A DNA stretch of 64,000 nucleotides from Chrysomallon squamiferum. Taxonomy: Eukaryota; Animalia; Mollusca. The DNA is taken from positions 3,658,001-3,722,000 of the forward strand of contig CM022667.1 in the NCBI GenBank assembly GCA_012295275.1, read 5' to 3'. A program made the translations under genes and the position numbers. This document shows positions 28,321 to 42,285 of the stretch, in pieces; the stretch's first letter is position 1, and the number at the start of each line of letters is the position of its first letter. Below the pieces are notes generated by a model. That model did no database searches. It was not told where the DNA came from and was given only the letters and a program-made list of their open reading frames with translations.

Positions 28321-30597
28321 TATTCACATAAAACAATAAAACAATGCAGCGGAAGTTACGTCATTAGTGCCAAAGTGTTTTACGTAAAGTATTTTCTTGA
28401 GACGATCAATGATGTAATTTGTCTTTGCCATGTTTCTATAAAACAACATGAATACATAATACAGGGTTGAACACTATTCTCATTAATTTGAAGTATTTTC
28501 TTCATTAATTATTAAATCAATACACTTTATCTGGAACATAAACACGTCTAATTAGCTCGTATATTTAACTGCACCTGTATCAAGCCATTTAGCTAGGTAG
28601 AAATTAATAAAAAAGAAAAAAAAAAAGGAAGATGATGAAAAGCGTCATACATTTGTTTTGAACCCTTCATGAACAATTTATGTATTGCAGACGATTTTTA
28701 TTATTATTATTATTATTATAATTATTATTATTATTATTATTTAATTAAACTATTTATCTTGAAAATTATTTCGACATTATTTCTCCGAGCACCCATTTTC
28801 CAGATTTATTCATCGTGAATAAAGGATTGCTAAAATTTGTAACTTATTGTTAAATATTTCGAATTGACTGGAAATCTGCTATATAAAATATCGTCAGTAA
28901 AACAAAAATAGTATGTATATTTATAGATGTGCATATATTAGTAATAACATTTTTATTTTGTAATATTTCCGTTTATGTAGATGAATAATGTTTGAATGAA
29001 ATTGACTAAAACATTCACTATCCCTCAGGTTTTATCGTTTATCAACGAAGTTATTAACGTTTTAATTAAAGATTATTAATCATAGATATAAACGCCATCT
29101 ATTTCTGCTGCGAACCAAAAGCTATTTGCATTTATCGTGAACGAGGCGTGGATTTTTTCTTTTGTGTAGACTCAGTCTGTTATGATACAATAACGTTTTT
29201 TGGTACCGGTAACTCAGTCTGATAAAACATTCCCTATACCTGGAAAATGTAATTCTACCATTTTAGTTTTTTTCTCTAGTGATTCTGCACTATTTCCATA
29301 TCTGACCATTTATTCGAGCATATGTATAGAGTTCCAGAATAAAAAATATTTATTTTGATGTATTTGTATGAGTTAATTTTATAAATCCTATACTGTTACC
29401 AAGCAATAAAGTTATTTTCAAAATAGTTAAAAGTAACTGAGATATCTATTTCTCCACATAACAACTGATTAATTCTAAAACAGCAACTGTACTAAAATAC
29501 TTTTATTTAATTTTAATTTTACTGTGATAACTTGAACTGTTTGCATTTTAAGTCGAATTTAAATAAAGCACATTGAATGTCAAAGTTACACAAATAGATT
29601 TTCATTTAATTTCAATTTATCATACATTTTTTTTTTCTACTTCCATTTAATCTATTTGAATCAATTTTAATGAAGTTTAAAAAAACATTTATGCTATGCC
29701 ATGTCATACAGTAGGGCTAAGAGACTTTTAAGAATAATCAGTGTTTTAAAAACAAACATTTTACTGAAATTATCCATTTATTATAAATAAAAAAATTATT
29801 ATGGTTATTATGTTAGTTAAATGTAGTTAACAAACAAACATTACTGATATAAATAAATAGGTCTCTCAGTACAGTAGACATCAAATGATTAAAAAAAAAA
29901 CATTCTTTGAAATATTTATAAAAGGAAACATAATTAATATCCATAATAATTAATACAGTATTGCTTTCTTATAATAAAAAGAACACACACACACACACAC
30001 AGATACATTAATCTGTTATTGATCTTCAAATACCAGTGATCTTGAACAAAGGGACATAACCCACTTAATAAATAAAATTACAAAGCATATCAAAGCATAT
30101 TTGCCAGCATATTTGCAAAATTAATAATAAGATATAAATAGTAATATTCACCATGAGTACCAAGTAAACTTATGTTATATTAATAAACATTTTTAAAGTG
30201 TTCATCTGTAAATATAATTTGACTGCATCAGAAAGCATAATTCATTTATTTATTTTATTTATTAACTTATAATCACCAACCTTTACTAACAATAAAGGAT
30301 TACAATAATATAAACGTGATCATGTTGATTCATTTCAACAGCTGTTTCCCTACATCTATATAAAACCTCATTATAAACTTTATATAAATACTTTAAAAAC
30401 TGTTGTAAACATTTTTGCACCAATATTTATCAAACCATATTAATGAATTACTCCCACCCCTGGGCTCTCCTAGGACATATGCCATCAACACCCTTAAATT
30501 ACTAAAGAAAAAAAAAAAAAAGTAATCTCTATAAACCATTGAGATAACACACTTCATACCTCTGACTGAAAAAAAAAAACAAATTATCTATTATCAT

Positions 30598-30877
30598 CTA
30601 CTCTGTTACTTTTAATACGAAAACGGCATCAGTTAAAACAAAAAATGATTTGAAGAGGTCACCCTCACACAGGTATGGCAGTTTGGTAAAATGTTCCAGG
30701 GTAAAGCCTGCAGGTTCAAACACATATTTCACAAGACTGGTCACTTGCTCTTCAAAATTTTGGCCTTGAAGGTTAATCCTCTCTGTTGGTTTGTGATCTG
30801 AGCTTCCTGAAATTAGTTTGAAAATTGTAATTTAGGTTTTTTTAATTTAATAATTTTTAAAAATAATTTTACTGATA

Positions 30878-30943
<66 letters not shown>

Positions 30944-33495
30944 AAAACAATGCAATAACACAACAGCAACAACAGAAATAATAAAACAACTGTATTATTT
31001 ACAAGAATGTTTAAAATTATGTGTTTTGTATGAAACTGTAAAAATTTAATATCTTTATATTTTATAAGCGCACATACACACAAATTTTATATATATATAT
31101 ATCTGATAATACCTCACAATGTTCATTATTATATCAATTTTCAGCAAAAGATTTTTCCCATACATACCTTCCTCTATACAAAAGTCTTTTATAAATTACT
31201 TGTGTAATAACTGTTGGAACTGGTAAAAAAGACAAATGATCCTGCTTTGATATTAATGTAATTACTCCACACAAATATTTTAGGCATTCATTTGGAACTT
31301 ACTGTATGTTGAAATATCGGACATGAGTGATTTCTAATTTGCTTTTACTGTAAAACGAAACTTACCAACTTCCACATAAGGTTTGAATGGAAGAACCACA
31401 GCAACAATTACTCTTCCTGTCACAGGTCGCAGAGAATTCCTTATTGAATGCAGCATGCTGATTGGCTGGCTGCATCTGTCCAGCAGATTTAAACAGCCAA
31501 TCAGATCAAAGATGTAAGAACTTTCATTCCAGGCATTAATGTCCAAAACCCTGAAATATGTATTTTATTTAATATTTAAATACTGATCATATATATCTAT
31601 ATATTTTTTTTTAAATCTAAGTTATAAAAAAAAGTTTTGGTTTTATTTGAAATTAATTTCAAAAATAACCAATATGTTATGAATTTTTATATTTTATTTT
31701 ATCTTTGTTATAATTTGGAATAATCTAATTAACTAAACACTTCAAAGTGACCTTTCAGTCAAGTTTAGTAACAGTGTGTTATAGATCGTAATGATGTCAG
31801 TTTATGATGGAGGAAGAAAGGAAGATAAAGAGACAATTCTTTGAGATAAAGAATACAAAAAAAAAAAAAAAAACAAAAAGGGAGTTAAATGGACTAAGGA
31901 ATATAATGAGGAAGACATATATAAAATAAATAACATTGGAAGAAAAAAACAGCGTGAAATATTTTCTTATTTGTATTTTAAAAAACAGATTAAAACCTGT
32001 AGCCTTTTTCCTGCAGTCTTGAGGCCATCACCGTGGAGATTTCAGTGACAAACACATTGTCAATATAGTCAGCCATTTTACCGGTTACCATGCCATCACC
32101 AGCCCCTGTAAACAATCAAAGTTAAAAAGACTAAAACATTCACTGTTACCAGGTTTCTGTAATTATTGTATATATCAATGGAGGATCACTGTGTTTTAAA
32201 ATTAGTCTATTTTTGACTATTAATGTGAACAAGAAGAATGTCTTGATTCAGATTGATATCAGATTTTATTTATTTTATTTATTTTATTTTATTTTATTTT
32301 ATTTTTTTATTTTTTTTTTTTTTTTTGTTGGTTGTTTTAGAGATCAATCCTGTTAAAAATATCAAAAAGCTCTTATAATAAACTGTGTATTTAGTTTAGT
32401 TTTGTCACGATGACAGATGTTCAACTCAATGAAAGAAGAGATATCACATTCCAGCACAAACAAAAACACTATTTAGGTTGCTAATAATATAAATGTACTC
32501 AGATGTAAAAACAAAAACAATCAATACCATTATTATTTATTTTCAGTTCACATTTTACAATTCAATACTTATTATAAAAAGGTTATTGAAATATTCCAAA
32601 ATATAATATAGACGCAAACACTTACAACATCTATTGAATGTTTACAGTTTATAATCTTACAACATAAAACTTGTTTACAAAAAGGATAATCAATTTCCCA
32701 TTCATTTTCTCAGTATTGATAATTTTGTAGCGAAAAACCTGATCACATATTGCAGCTGTACATATGTTAAATTTTACTCACATTAACAAAAATATAAAAT
32801 AAAATATACCATAATGAAACTCAAACAATCATTTCTAATCCGAGAGCTAACTTTTATCTTTTTTCCTTTTTTTTAATAATAAAATTAATGAAATATGAAA
32901 TCAAATGACCGTATCTTTAGAAGTGTACTTTTGTTTGTTTATTTGTTTTTTTGATGATAAAAAAAAAAAAAAAATGTCATTAAAGACTGAATACTGAAAA
33001 GACACTCACCAAGGTCCAGCATGTTTTCTGCCCTCCATGTTGGTGTGATGTTTAGAAGCTTCTGAAGCTGTTCGTGCGAGAAAATAAACATTGATCCTCG
33101 TCTTAGCCACCTGAAAATTTAATTTTTTAAACAAAAATAAATTATTTTTATATTACAACCATTTAAAAAGAAATCAAAAAAATAAAATTATCAGGTCAAT
33201 TTTTGAATGTCTCTTCAAAAGGAAGATAAATATATTAATATTAAATATAGCTTTTAAAACGTGAATTTAATTTAAAACAGACATTTCTGAATGAAAGAAA
33301 CCTTGATGTATACTAAATATCGGATTGTTTTTCTTCATTAATCTTTAAAACAGTATTTTTAAAACTTTTAAAGTTTTTTTTAACTCTTCATGCTGAACTG
33401 GTCTTACAAACCTGCCTAGAGCCCCCTGATATTATTTTAATATGAAATAACATCACTGATTAGTTTGATACACTGATAGATAGATAGGTAGAACA

Positions 33496-33558
<63 letters not shown>

Positions 33559-35478
33559 TGTATAGATAGATAGATAGATAGATAGATATGTATATATGTA
33601 TAGATAGATTAGATAGATAGATAGATTAGATTGATAGATAGATTAGATAGATAGATAGATAGATATATAGATAGATAGATTAGATAGATAGATAGGCACA
33701 CACACAAACACAGATATACAGATGGTTGGATGGATATATAGATGAATAGGTGGATGGATGGTTTATTCTGCAAATCTAATCAAAGCAAACTGATAAATGA
33801 TTTTGTTCTATTTCTATTGCATCATATATATATATATTTTTTTTTCCCTCATTATTAACATCTTTCTCTTATCCAAGCAGTTTTATTTAATACAGTCAAA
33901 TTTTTCGTGATTTTTATTTTTACCCGTTTATGGAAGTACTGGTGAGAAACCAGCTGAAAACATATTTCAAGATGGCGTCTCGGAGCTGTGTGAAGAGCCA
34001 ATCAGCTTTCTCGTAACAGTTGTTAAGGAACTGGACTGTTTCTTCATCTTGGTGCATTTGAACAAACTTGTCACGCAGATCCGAAGGTAGTTTTGATGTG
34101 TCAACATCATACCACTGTAAATAAAAACACAAACATGAATAGGTTATTTCAAGAATAAATATATTTCAACAAAATCTCAACATATTTCTAGTGCATTCTT
34201 TCACAAAATAAAGGTAGTGGGAAACTGATATTTTCTCAGCTTTGGCTATTTTTGTTATAAACATTCTTTGAGATAGGAAAACACACACAAACAAACATAA
34301 AAAACAAAAATTTTGGATAAAATAATCTGGATTCAAGAAATTGAATAAAGTAAAGCACAACATAATTACATATATAGGAACAGACAAATGCAAAAATAGA
34401 TTATCAGTTCAATAATCTAGTCAAATTTGCTGCTGCTTTTTAAATGTTTATGATCAGGGCCAGTGCTACCATTAGACCTACAAAGCAGCCAATAAGGTGC
34501 AGACCTCAGAAGGTGCTTTTAAAGAAATCATTATTTTAAGAAAATAAACATTATAAAATAAAAGTAATATATATATACTAGTACCAGTTCATTGTTTATA
34601 TAAACTTTATAGTTGTCCATTGTTAGTTCATAATTGTTTTCAGCACTAAAAAAAAAACTTTAATTGTAATAAAACTGGGGCTGCTAGCATCTTATTCTTG
34701 CAATTAAAATAAATTTAACTGTTTCTTGCTTTTTGTTTATTTTTTTTCTTCTACAAAATGTTTTTAATTAATCAAAGTTGGCAAATTTTTTTGGAGGAAA
34801 AACTTAGTAGTTGTCTTTGCAAAGGGCACAAAATCATCTGGTTCCAGCCATAGTTGCACTGAAAAAAGTCAAGCTTGTTATCAAACTAATTTACCACCTG
34901 TCTACTTTAGTTATCAGTCTGAAATATTCTGGATGCTAGCAACTTAGTAAGTGACATCATTTGTCTTCCTTGGTATATCCTTTTGTTTATAACTATGCTA
35001 TGCTCATGTCTATTGTATAACGTATACCAGTATTTGCTTTCTCTTGATAATTTTAACTGACGGTATTAATAAAATAAGATTCGTCATTTAAGAGAACTTC
35101 AGTCTTTAAAATTATCACTGTGATTATCAAAATATTTGACTTAACTGACGGTATTAATAAATAAGAACTGCCATTAAAGGGACTTCAGTCTTTAAAATTA
35201 TCAAAATATTTAACGTGTTAAATGTTGATGCTGATATCACGTGTTAAACCAAAATCTTAAATAAAATGATGATTAAAAGAAGAAGAACTAACATAAAGAT
35301 GTGGGTCTTGCTGGTGTCGCTGGTCGTCCAGCATCCTGTTGTAGACAGAACGCAGAAGAGGGCTTCGAATATGTTGGCGAGGAAACTGAGACATGATGAC
35401 GGACAGCAAACTCGTGCAGGCCACCAGACACGCAACTACAAGCGAAATCGAATGAAGCCCAAGCCTTAGCTCAGTCAT
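30598..35478 (-). CDS. METTL9: Protein-L-histidine N-pros-methyltransferase METTL9 (DREV), 326 aa
   Basis: Exons (minus) 35478-35293, 34114-33924, 33110-33010, 32105-31997, 31550-31366, 30806-30598; all GT-AG and in phase (981 nt). Motifs RSPLLRSVY, TSINGWLRRGSMFIFS, SAM motif MLDLGAGDG, CLNLLDRC, LPYLCEGD and DAVFVLK match METTL9. Hydrophobic N-terminus. Confidence 0.95.
33475..33695. repeat. (GATA)n microsatellite in METTL9 intron 2
   Basis: Long imperfect gata run. Confidence 0.95.
35053..35211. repeat. Two-copy ~88-bp tandem duplication in METTL9 intron 1
   Basis: ttaactgacggtattaataaa...cttcagtctttaaaattatca at 35053 and 35141. Confidence 0.85.
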
Positions 35479-35642
35479 GTGTATTATTTTTATAAAATAA
35501 CATATTTAAATGATAGTGATGATGACGAACTCAGTAATTAACTGTAAAGAGCAGATTTGGCCCAGTAGAAAATTATTTCCATCGTCTTGGTCTTACTGTA
35601 AACATAAACTATCGAGTGACACATGTGCTGGGCTATTTATTT

Positions 35643-35670
35643 ACTTCCGGGTTTTATTTATTTCCGGGTC
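35643..35670 (-). promoter_or_regulatory. Paired ETS-type (CCGGAA) motifs upstream of METTL9
   Basis: acttccggg at 35643 and tttccggg at 35661, about 170 bp upstream of the ATG; typical of housekeeping promoters. Confidence 0.5.
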
Positions 35671-35714
35671 AATGTTCAAAGCGGTTTTTAGAGAACAGTT
35701 ACTTAATACTAAAT

Positions 35715-36004
35715 CGCTGGTTTTCAACCGTTTTCATACCGCATCCCCTTATGAGCAACTCAATATGACCGATGACCCCCTTTAAAAATTTTGATTCAGT
35801 AATATTTGGGATTACCATATTTTCATCAAGCAAAGTACAAAAGGAATCTATATTCACAATGAAGGGCCCCAAACCTATCTACGATTTTTTATTTATTCGT
35901 CTTTCCAAGACAAGTTGAAAAAAAACCTGAAACATACCTTCGCTCAAGAACGATCTCGCGATCCCCAGAAAAAAGGCTGGTGACCCCCAGGTTGAAAACC
36001 TGTG
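35715..36004. mobile_element. Non-autonomous hAT-type element (MITE), 290 bp
   Basis: TIRs cgctggttttcaacc and ggttgaaaacctgtg (11-bp perfect core). Identical 8-bp flanks tactaaat at 35707-35714 and 36005-36012; an 8-bp TSD is the hAT hallmark. Confidence 0.85.
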
Positions 36005-36848
36005 TACTAAATAATGGAATAAACGTTCAATACACTAAATGTGTATTTAATCTGAAATTGTATAGCTTTCTAAAAAAGTTAAAAGAGTGCTTTTGGTTAT
36101 TCGAATAAATATTTTAAATATATTCTACATATAAATTAATATAATGATTAAACTTTAAAGTGTACTTTTGATTATACGAATAAATACTTTAAATATGTTC
36201 TACATATACTTTCAAGATATGCTATATGTTTTAGTTTTTGTTTTCTTTCTTTCGTAGTTTTTCGCAAGCCAGTGTTAATTAATTATCTGGAATAAACTCC
36301 AAAATAAGATAATTTTTTTCAGGGCGTTGTATTCTTTCTGTAGTCATGACGTCGTCGCCTAGTTTTTTTCTAGTGTGATCAGATGACGTCACGTCCTCTG
36401 TTTGTGAAGCAGTAAAATGGCGGTGTTCAAATGTTTTTAGTAATATTATTTTATTGTTACACTTTGTAAATCGCTTCAACAATGAAATAACACTATTTTA
36501 GATAATTAATTTTAATTATTTATTCGTAGCTTTACAAGTTTTCTTAAAGGAGTGCACTCACTATCAGAAATAAATTATGAAATATACTGAGAATAATATA
36601 TTTATTATTCTTATTATTATTCTTCTTCTTCTTCTTATTATTATTTTTGTTTTGATTTGTCAATTTATGTCACTTTCATATAATGTAACAATATAATCAA
36701 GAACCTAGAAATTTTATTTTGGTTTACACGAAAATGTTTCATGTAGAGATACAGGTATTTGATTTTTAGAATGGGTCAAGAATGTATACCTGAGATGAAT
36801 ATTTCTTCCTCTTTTCTTAAAAATGTTTGTTGAGTTAATACCAGTGTA

Positions 36849-36916
<68 letters not shown>

Positions 36917-38487
36917 AAAAAGCAAATGAAAAAAAAATCAAATTTATTATTTGTTTAAGTTTAAAACACAACACCTGCATGTTGTTGGTAAATATTTTTA
37001 TTTTATTATTTTTTGAACTATTACATTACAAATTCAATAATTACATCCAATCACAATCTTTTTAATTGCCAAAATTTACCTTCACATCTTTATTATTAAT
37101 TCATTGACAGAAATAAACATCTAAAATAACAACAGTTTGCTAACTGATTAATTTCAAAACAATTATACTGTGGTAATAATGACTAGGTTTTAGAAACCAG
37201 TATATAAACTTTAAAAAAAGGCATCAAAATATGCTACAAACTCTATGTTTAATATACATTTATTGATTCAGTCCTTATGTGTATACTATACAAATATTAT
37301 CTTTAGATGTCTGATCAAATACATCCGTAAATACACACACACACACACACTCACACACACACAAACACACACACACACACACCCAAGAGAATATTAAAAT
37401 TTGAACTAAGAAGAAACTAATGGGTTTATATGACTACAGTGATAGGTTATAATATAATATATAGAAAAATGAGGTAAGCAATTTTTTTTTATAAAATAAT
37501 AAGATTTAAAATAGAAAAAGTAAAATAGTAAAAAAAAAAAAATTACTGAATTTAAATAAAAGGAATAAATCACATTATAGTTACTGGCAATGATTAAAAC
37601 CAGTGGCAGTCAAGTCATAACAGCATTTGCGCAATGCCCAGTGAGCAGCTGATTTTTGTTTTGATTTTTGATTTTTTGATTTTTAAGTAGGTATTTTGTA
37701 ATTAATTTTTTAATATCATTGTATTTCAAATAAAAATTATTATTAATGTCTCTGAACAATGTCAACAGACATAATTAACATTATTGTAGTGTACTAATTG
37801 TCAAAGAAAGTTAAATATGATTAAAAACAATTTGCACAGTTTAAATCAATTGCTGGTTGTATTTTGCATTCATTACTATACATTTTACTGTATACAAGTG
37901 TAACGTGGTTTATGCATAATTAAACTCTCAAATGTGGTTTGCAATTATAAAAATATCTTTTAAATAATTTATAAAATCATGATCCATGTTACAAATTAGA
38001 AATAAAAAAAACATAAATAAATAACAGAAAGAAAATGTTAAAAACAATTTCATTAAAATTATACACTTTTTAGAGTACCTGGTTGCAAAGTTGGCACCAT
38101 AGTTTAATCACATTTTGGGGAGTTTTTAAATTCAAACAAATAACAAATTTGATTATCTACACATTAAAATAAAATTTTTTTTTTTTTAAAATTAATAATA
38201 TTTACAAACAATAGAATAAGAAACAAATAGTAATATAAATTCTCTATGATTGAATGTACAAATGTAAAAATAATAACTAAGCAAAATGCATAAATAACAA
38301 TAATGTTATGATAATAATAATTGCAAGGAAGAGGTAAGTTAATAGCACAGAGAAAATAACAAAACTGTCACAAATAAAAAGATATTTAAGTAAATTGATT
38401 AATGTTGATTTGGTAAATTACATAAATGGCTACAAAACTTTTGTTTAAAAATCTGATTATAAAAACTGTTCAGGTCATGTCATCTGG

Positions 38488-41365
38488 TTACAGTTTTGAT
38501 GTTTTGATGTCTTTTATCCAATCTTCAACAAGGTCCACTGCATCCAGTGATGTACCCCAGCTCAGAGTGATTCCATTCGCACCATGTCCATAGTTATGAA
38601 CAATCTGAGTGAAAAACAAAAGAGAAGATGTTTGTTTATACTGTAAATTGTAAAAATGAAATAAAATTAATTAAGATATACACAATTATTACAAACAATA
38701 ATAATAATATACGTCATAAAATAAAATTTTTAATTATATTGATGAAATAAAAATTTAAATTAAATTGATGATATAAATAATAATTTGAAACTAAAGATAT
38801 CTATTTTAAATGATACACATATTAAAAAGTCTACAGTCACTACCACCAATAATAATAACAAAAATGAAAAGAAAATGTATTGGTAAAATAAAAATTTAAA
38901 TAAAATATCACAGAATTGTTTCTTTATTGCTGCACTTTTTTTCAAATTATTATTAATAATGAAACAATGAAACTCAATTTATTTACAAAGTTATATTCAT
39001 AGAAACCTTTTCTAACAGCATGATTTTCACTTTACTGAAATATTTAATTTTTAATTAAAACTTACCCTCAGCTTCTTTCCATTTGTTAACAAAACTTCTT
39101 TTCTATTCTGACTGGAGATCTCATTGGTCTCAGCCCAGCCCATTCACTCAACACCTCAGCACCCTGAATTCATCATTTTAACAAAATCTATCAATCTCGA
39201 TATGTAGAAAATGATAATTTAAAACTCTTACGCTCACAGAAATTAATATTTGAATATACTGTTATACAGATAAAAAATTGAATTCAAGTTCATACTTCAA
39301 ATATGTTTCTAATTATTTTTAATTTCTAATGCCACATCAGGTTCACATCTTTATTCATGTGGATCTAAATTTTATTCACATCCAAATATACTGGATAAAC
39401 AGTCTTAAAGCAGCCAGTTAGCAGCATACAAAATATACACTGAGATTATTTGTTAATATTGCCATAGTTACATTTATAAAGAAAAAACTGAATAACCCCA
39501 GATATATTGTGACTTCCTTCACTAAGAATAAAATTAATTATTTGTAAGTATACACACTATATTTTGTTGGTTTTGTGGATATGAGTATGTGTGTGCCTGT
39601 ATAATTTAACAGAAGAAAAATTTATTTATTTATTTTTACACCACTCTAAAATAGCACACTAAGTAAGGACTAAAAGTGAATAGAAATTTTGTATGCGCTT
39701 TAGAGTTTAAAGCTTTTTAAAGAAATACCTCCAGTTGTGGAAACAGGTTTTTAGCTTTTGTCATAATGTTTCTGCTCATAGAAGGATCGACCTCAGTGTT
39801 GTAATCATTATCCTGTCTACACCCCCCTACTGACACACAGTCAGAGCTGGAAATAACAACAGTTTAACATAAAAATAATTAGTTAATAACAATATTAAAT
39901 AATTTTATACAAAATAACAACAGTTTAACATAAAAATAATCATTGAATAACGATATCAAATAATTTAATACAAAATAACAACAGTTTAATATAAAAATAA
40001 TCATTTAATAACAATATTAAATAATTTTATACACAATAACAACAGCTTAATATAAACATAATCATTTAATAACAATATTAAATAATTTTATACAAAATAA
40101 CAACAGCTTAAAAAATATAATCATTTAATAACAATATTAAATAATTTTATACAAAATAACAACAGTTTAAAATAATAATAATAATGGCAAGGGATGGCCA
40201 GTCATAGTTTGGAATGGGAAAACTAATGGATACTGTGTCTTCTTTCCCTTTTTCAGGAAATCTGTAACAGCCAATCAGTTTCCAAAGAATTTCAATATCA
40301 TTTACCATCAACTTTTTGTCAAAAGATTTCTTTTACCAACAAGAAAACTTCCTTAAGATTTTTTTTTAGAACATTTTTGTATTTCTCTACCTTTAGTTTC
40401 ATTCTCTGCAAAATAATTTCATTCACCCATGACCAAATCCTTTAAGTAGTTACAGTTTATCTGTTTTGTTTTGCTGGCCAATCTTAATTAATAACAAAAA
40501 TATTATACAGTTTATAATTAACTGGTGCAGTATAAACATTTACTTACTGTGGTATAAGATAGGTATCATCTTAATTAATAACAAAAATAATACAGGTTAT
40601 AATTAACTGGTGTAGTATAAACATTTACTTACTGTGGTATAAGATAGGTATCATCTTAATTAATAACAAAAATAATACAGTTTATAATTAACTGGTGCAG
40701 TATAAACATTTACTTACTGTGGTATAAGATAGGTATCATCAGATGTCAAGTACCAGTGTTTAATCCATGGTGCATTGACCTAAGTAATAAAATTAATATA
40801 ATAACAATAATGTTAGTATTGCATTATTATTTGCATTAGGTTAATAATTAATGAACATAACCTTTACCAGATGAGACTTCAGTGAGAATATTGGTTATAA
40901 TTATAATAATAACAATGATGGTGCTGATGGTAATGATGATTATGATAACAGTGATTAATTATGATGAGAATGATAATGACAGTGATAATGTAATGATGAC
41001 GATGATGGTGATGATGATGATAAAATTAAAAATACATCACCTTCACTAGCTGACCTCTGATGGGGTATACTGTATTGTCACCGACAAGTTCTTTAGCACC
41101 AAGACCAGCACAGTTGATGACAATGTCGTAATAACCTGTCAGCTGAAATAGCAATGACATTACTCTTTATTCTTTATACCTGTGTGTGTGTGTGCACATG
41201 TGTACGTGTGTGAACTGTATGTTTATCTCTAGTTACATTTATTTTCTGTGTATGCATGTTATGTGTGTGAACTGCATGTTTAGCTCTCATGTTACTTTTC
41301 TTTTGTGAATGTGCATGCATGTCTCTCTGTGTGTGTGTGTGTTTGTGTGTGTGTATTATCTTTCT

Positions 41366-41419
<54 letters not shown>

Positions 41420-42248
41420 TGGGTGTGTGTAAACTGGATTACTTCCATCAATGCTCCACCAAAGCTAATTCAGTGTCTATGGGAACAAGCATGTAAAATG
41501 TTTCTCAGTTCTAACTGAACCAGTGACAGTGATTTTACCTTTCTCATATCAATATTATTAAAACTTTATAATTAATCAGTAAATATTAAGAAAAAAAAAA
41601 CTTTTTTTCCTTCTTTACCTCTCGTAAATCCTGCACAGTTCTACGTTCTAAAATTCCACCTCTCTCTTTAAACCTAGGATTGGAATGATAACAATAAATC
41701 TCAACAGATGAAGATTTTTTTTAACTGAAATTAATATTAATTTTTTTTTTTTTCTTGAAATGACTGTTTTTATCAAATAGATATAAAATAATTAAATAAA
41801 TAAGTGAAAACTAAAGCAACAATTTAAAAAAAAAGAAAAATAAAAAAATGTTTGTGTAAATTATACCTCTGCAGCAACCAAGGCATGTATTTCTTCATCT
41901 CAGTTATAACTGTTGTACAGGCCACTCCATGTCTGAAATACAGAAAGATTGCCAAGTTTTAAATAATTCACCTTTTTCAATTACAGATCAGTTTCTGAAA
42001 TGTTGATGCTTATAAGAAGTTTCAGAAATGATAAATAAAAAACATTACACGCACATGTTTTTTTGTTTTAAAATCTGTAGCAACAATACATTTACAGATG
42101 TTTACGAGGTAAACATACCTGTATGGAAGTTGTAAACGTATCATTTCAGTTTGTGACAGATCATGTCCATCAATTGTGATCTCTTTGAATAAGAAATCCT
42201 TAAAAAAAAATATATATATATATACATATAACAGTAATATTAATTTTT

Positions 42249-42285
<37 letters not shown>

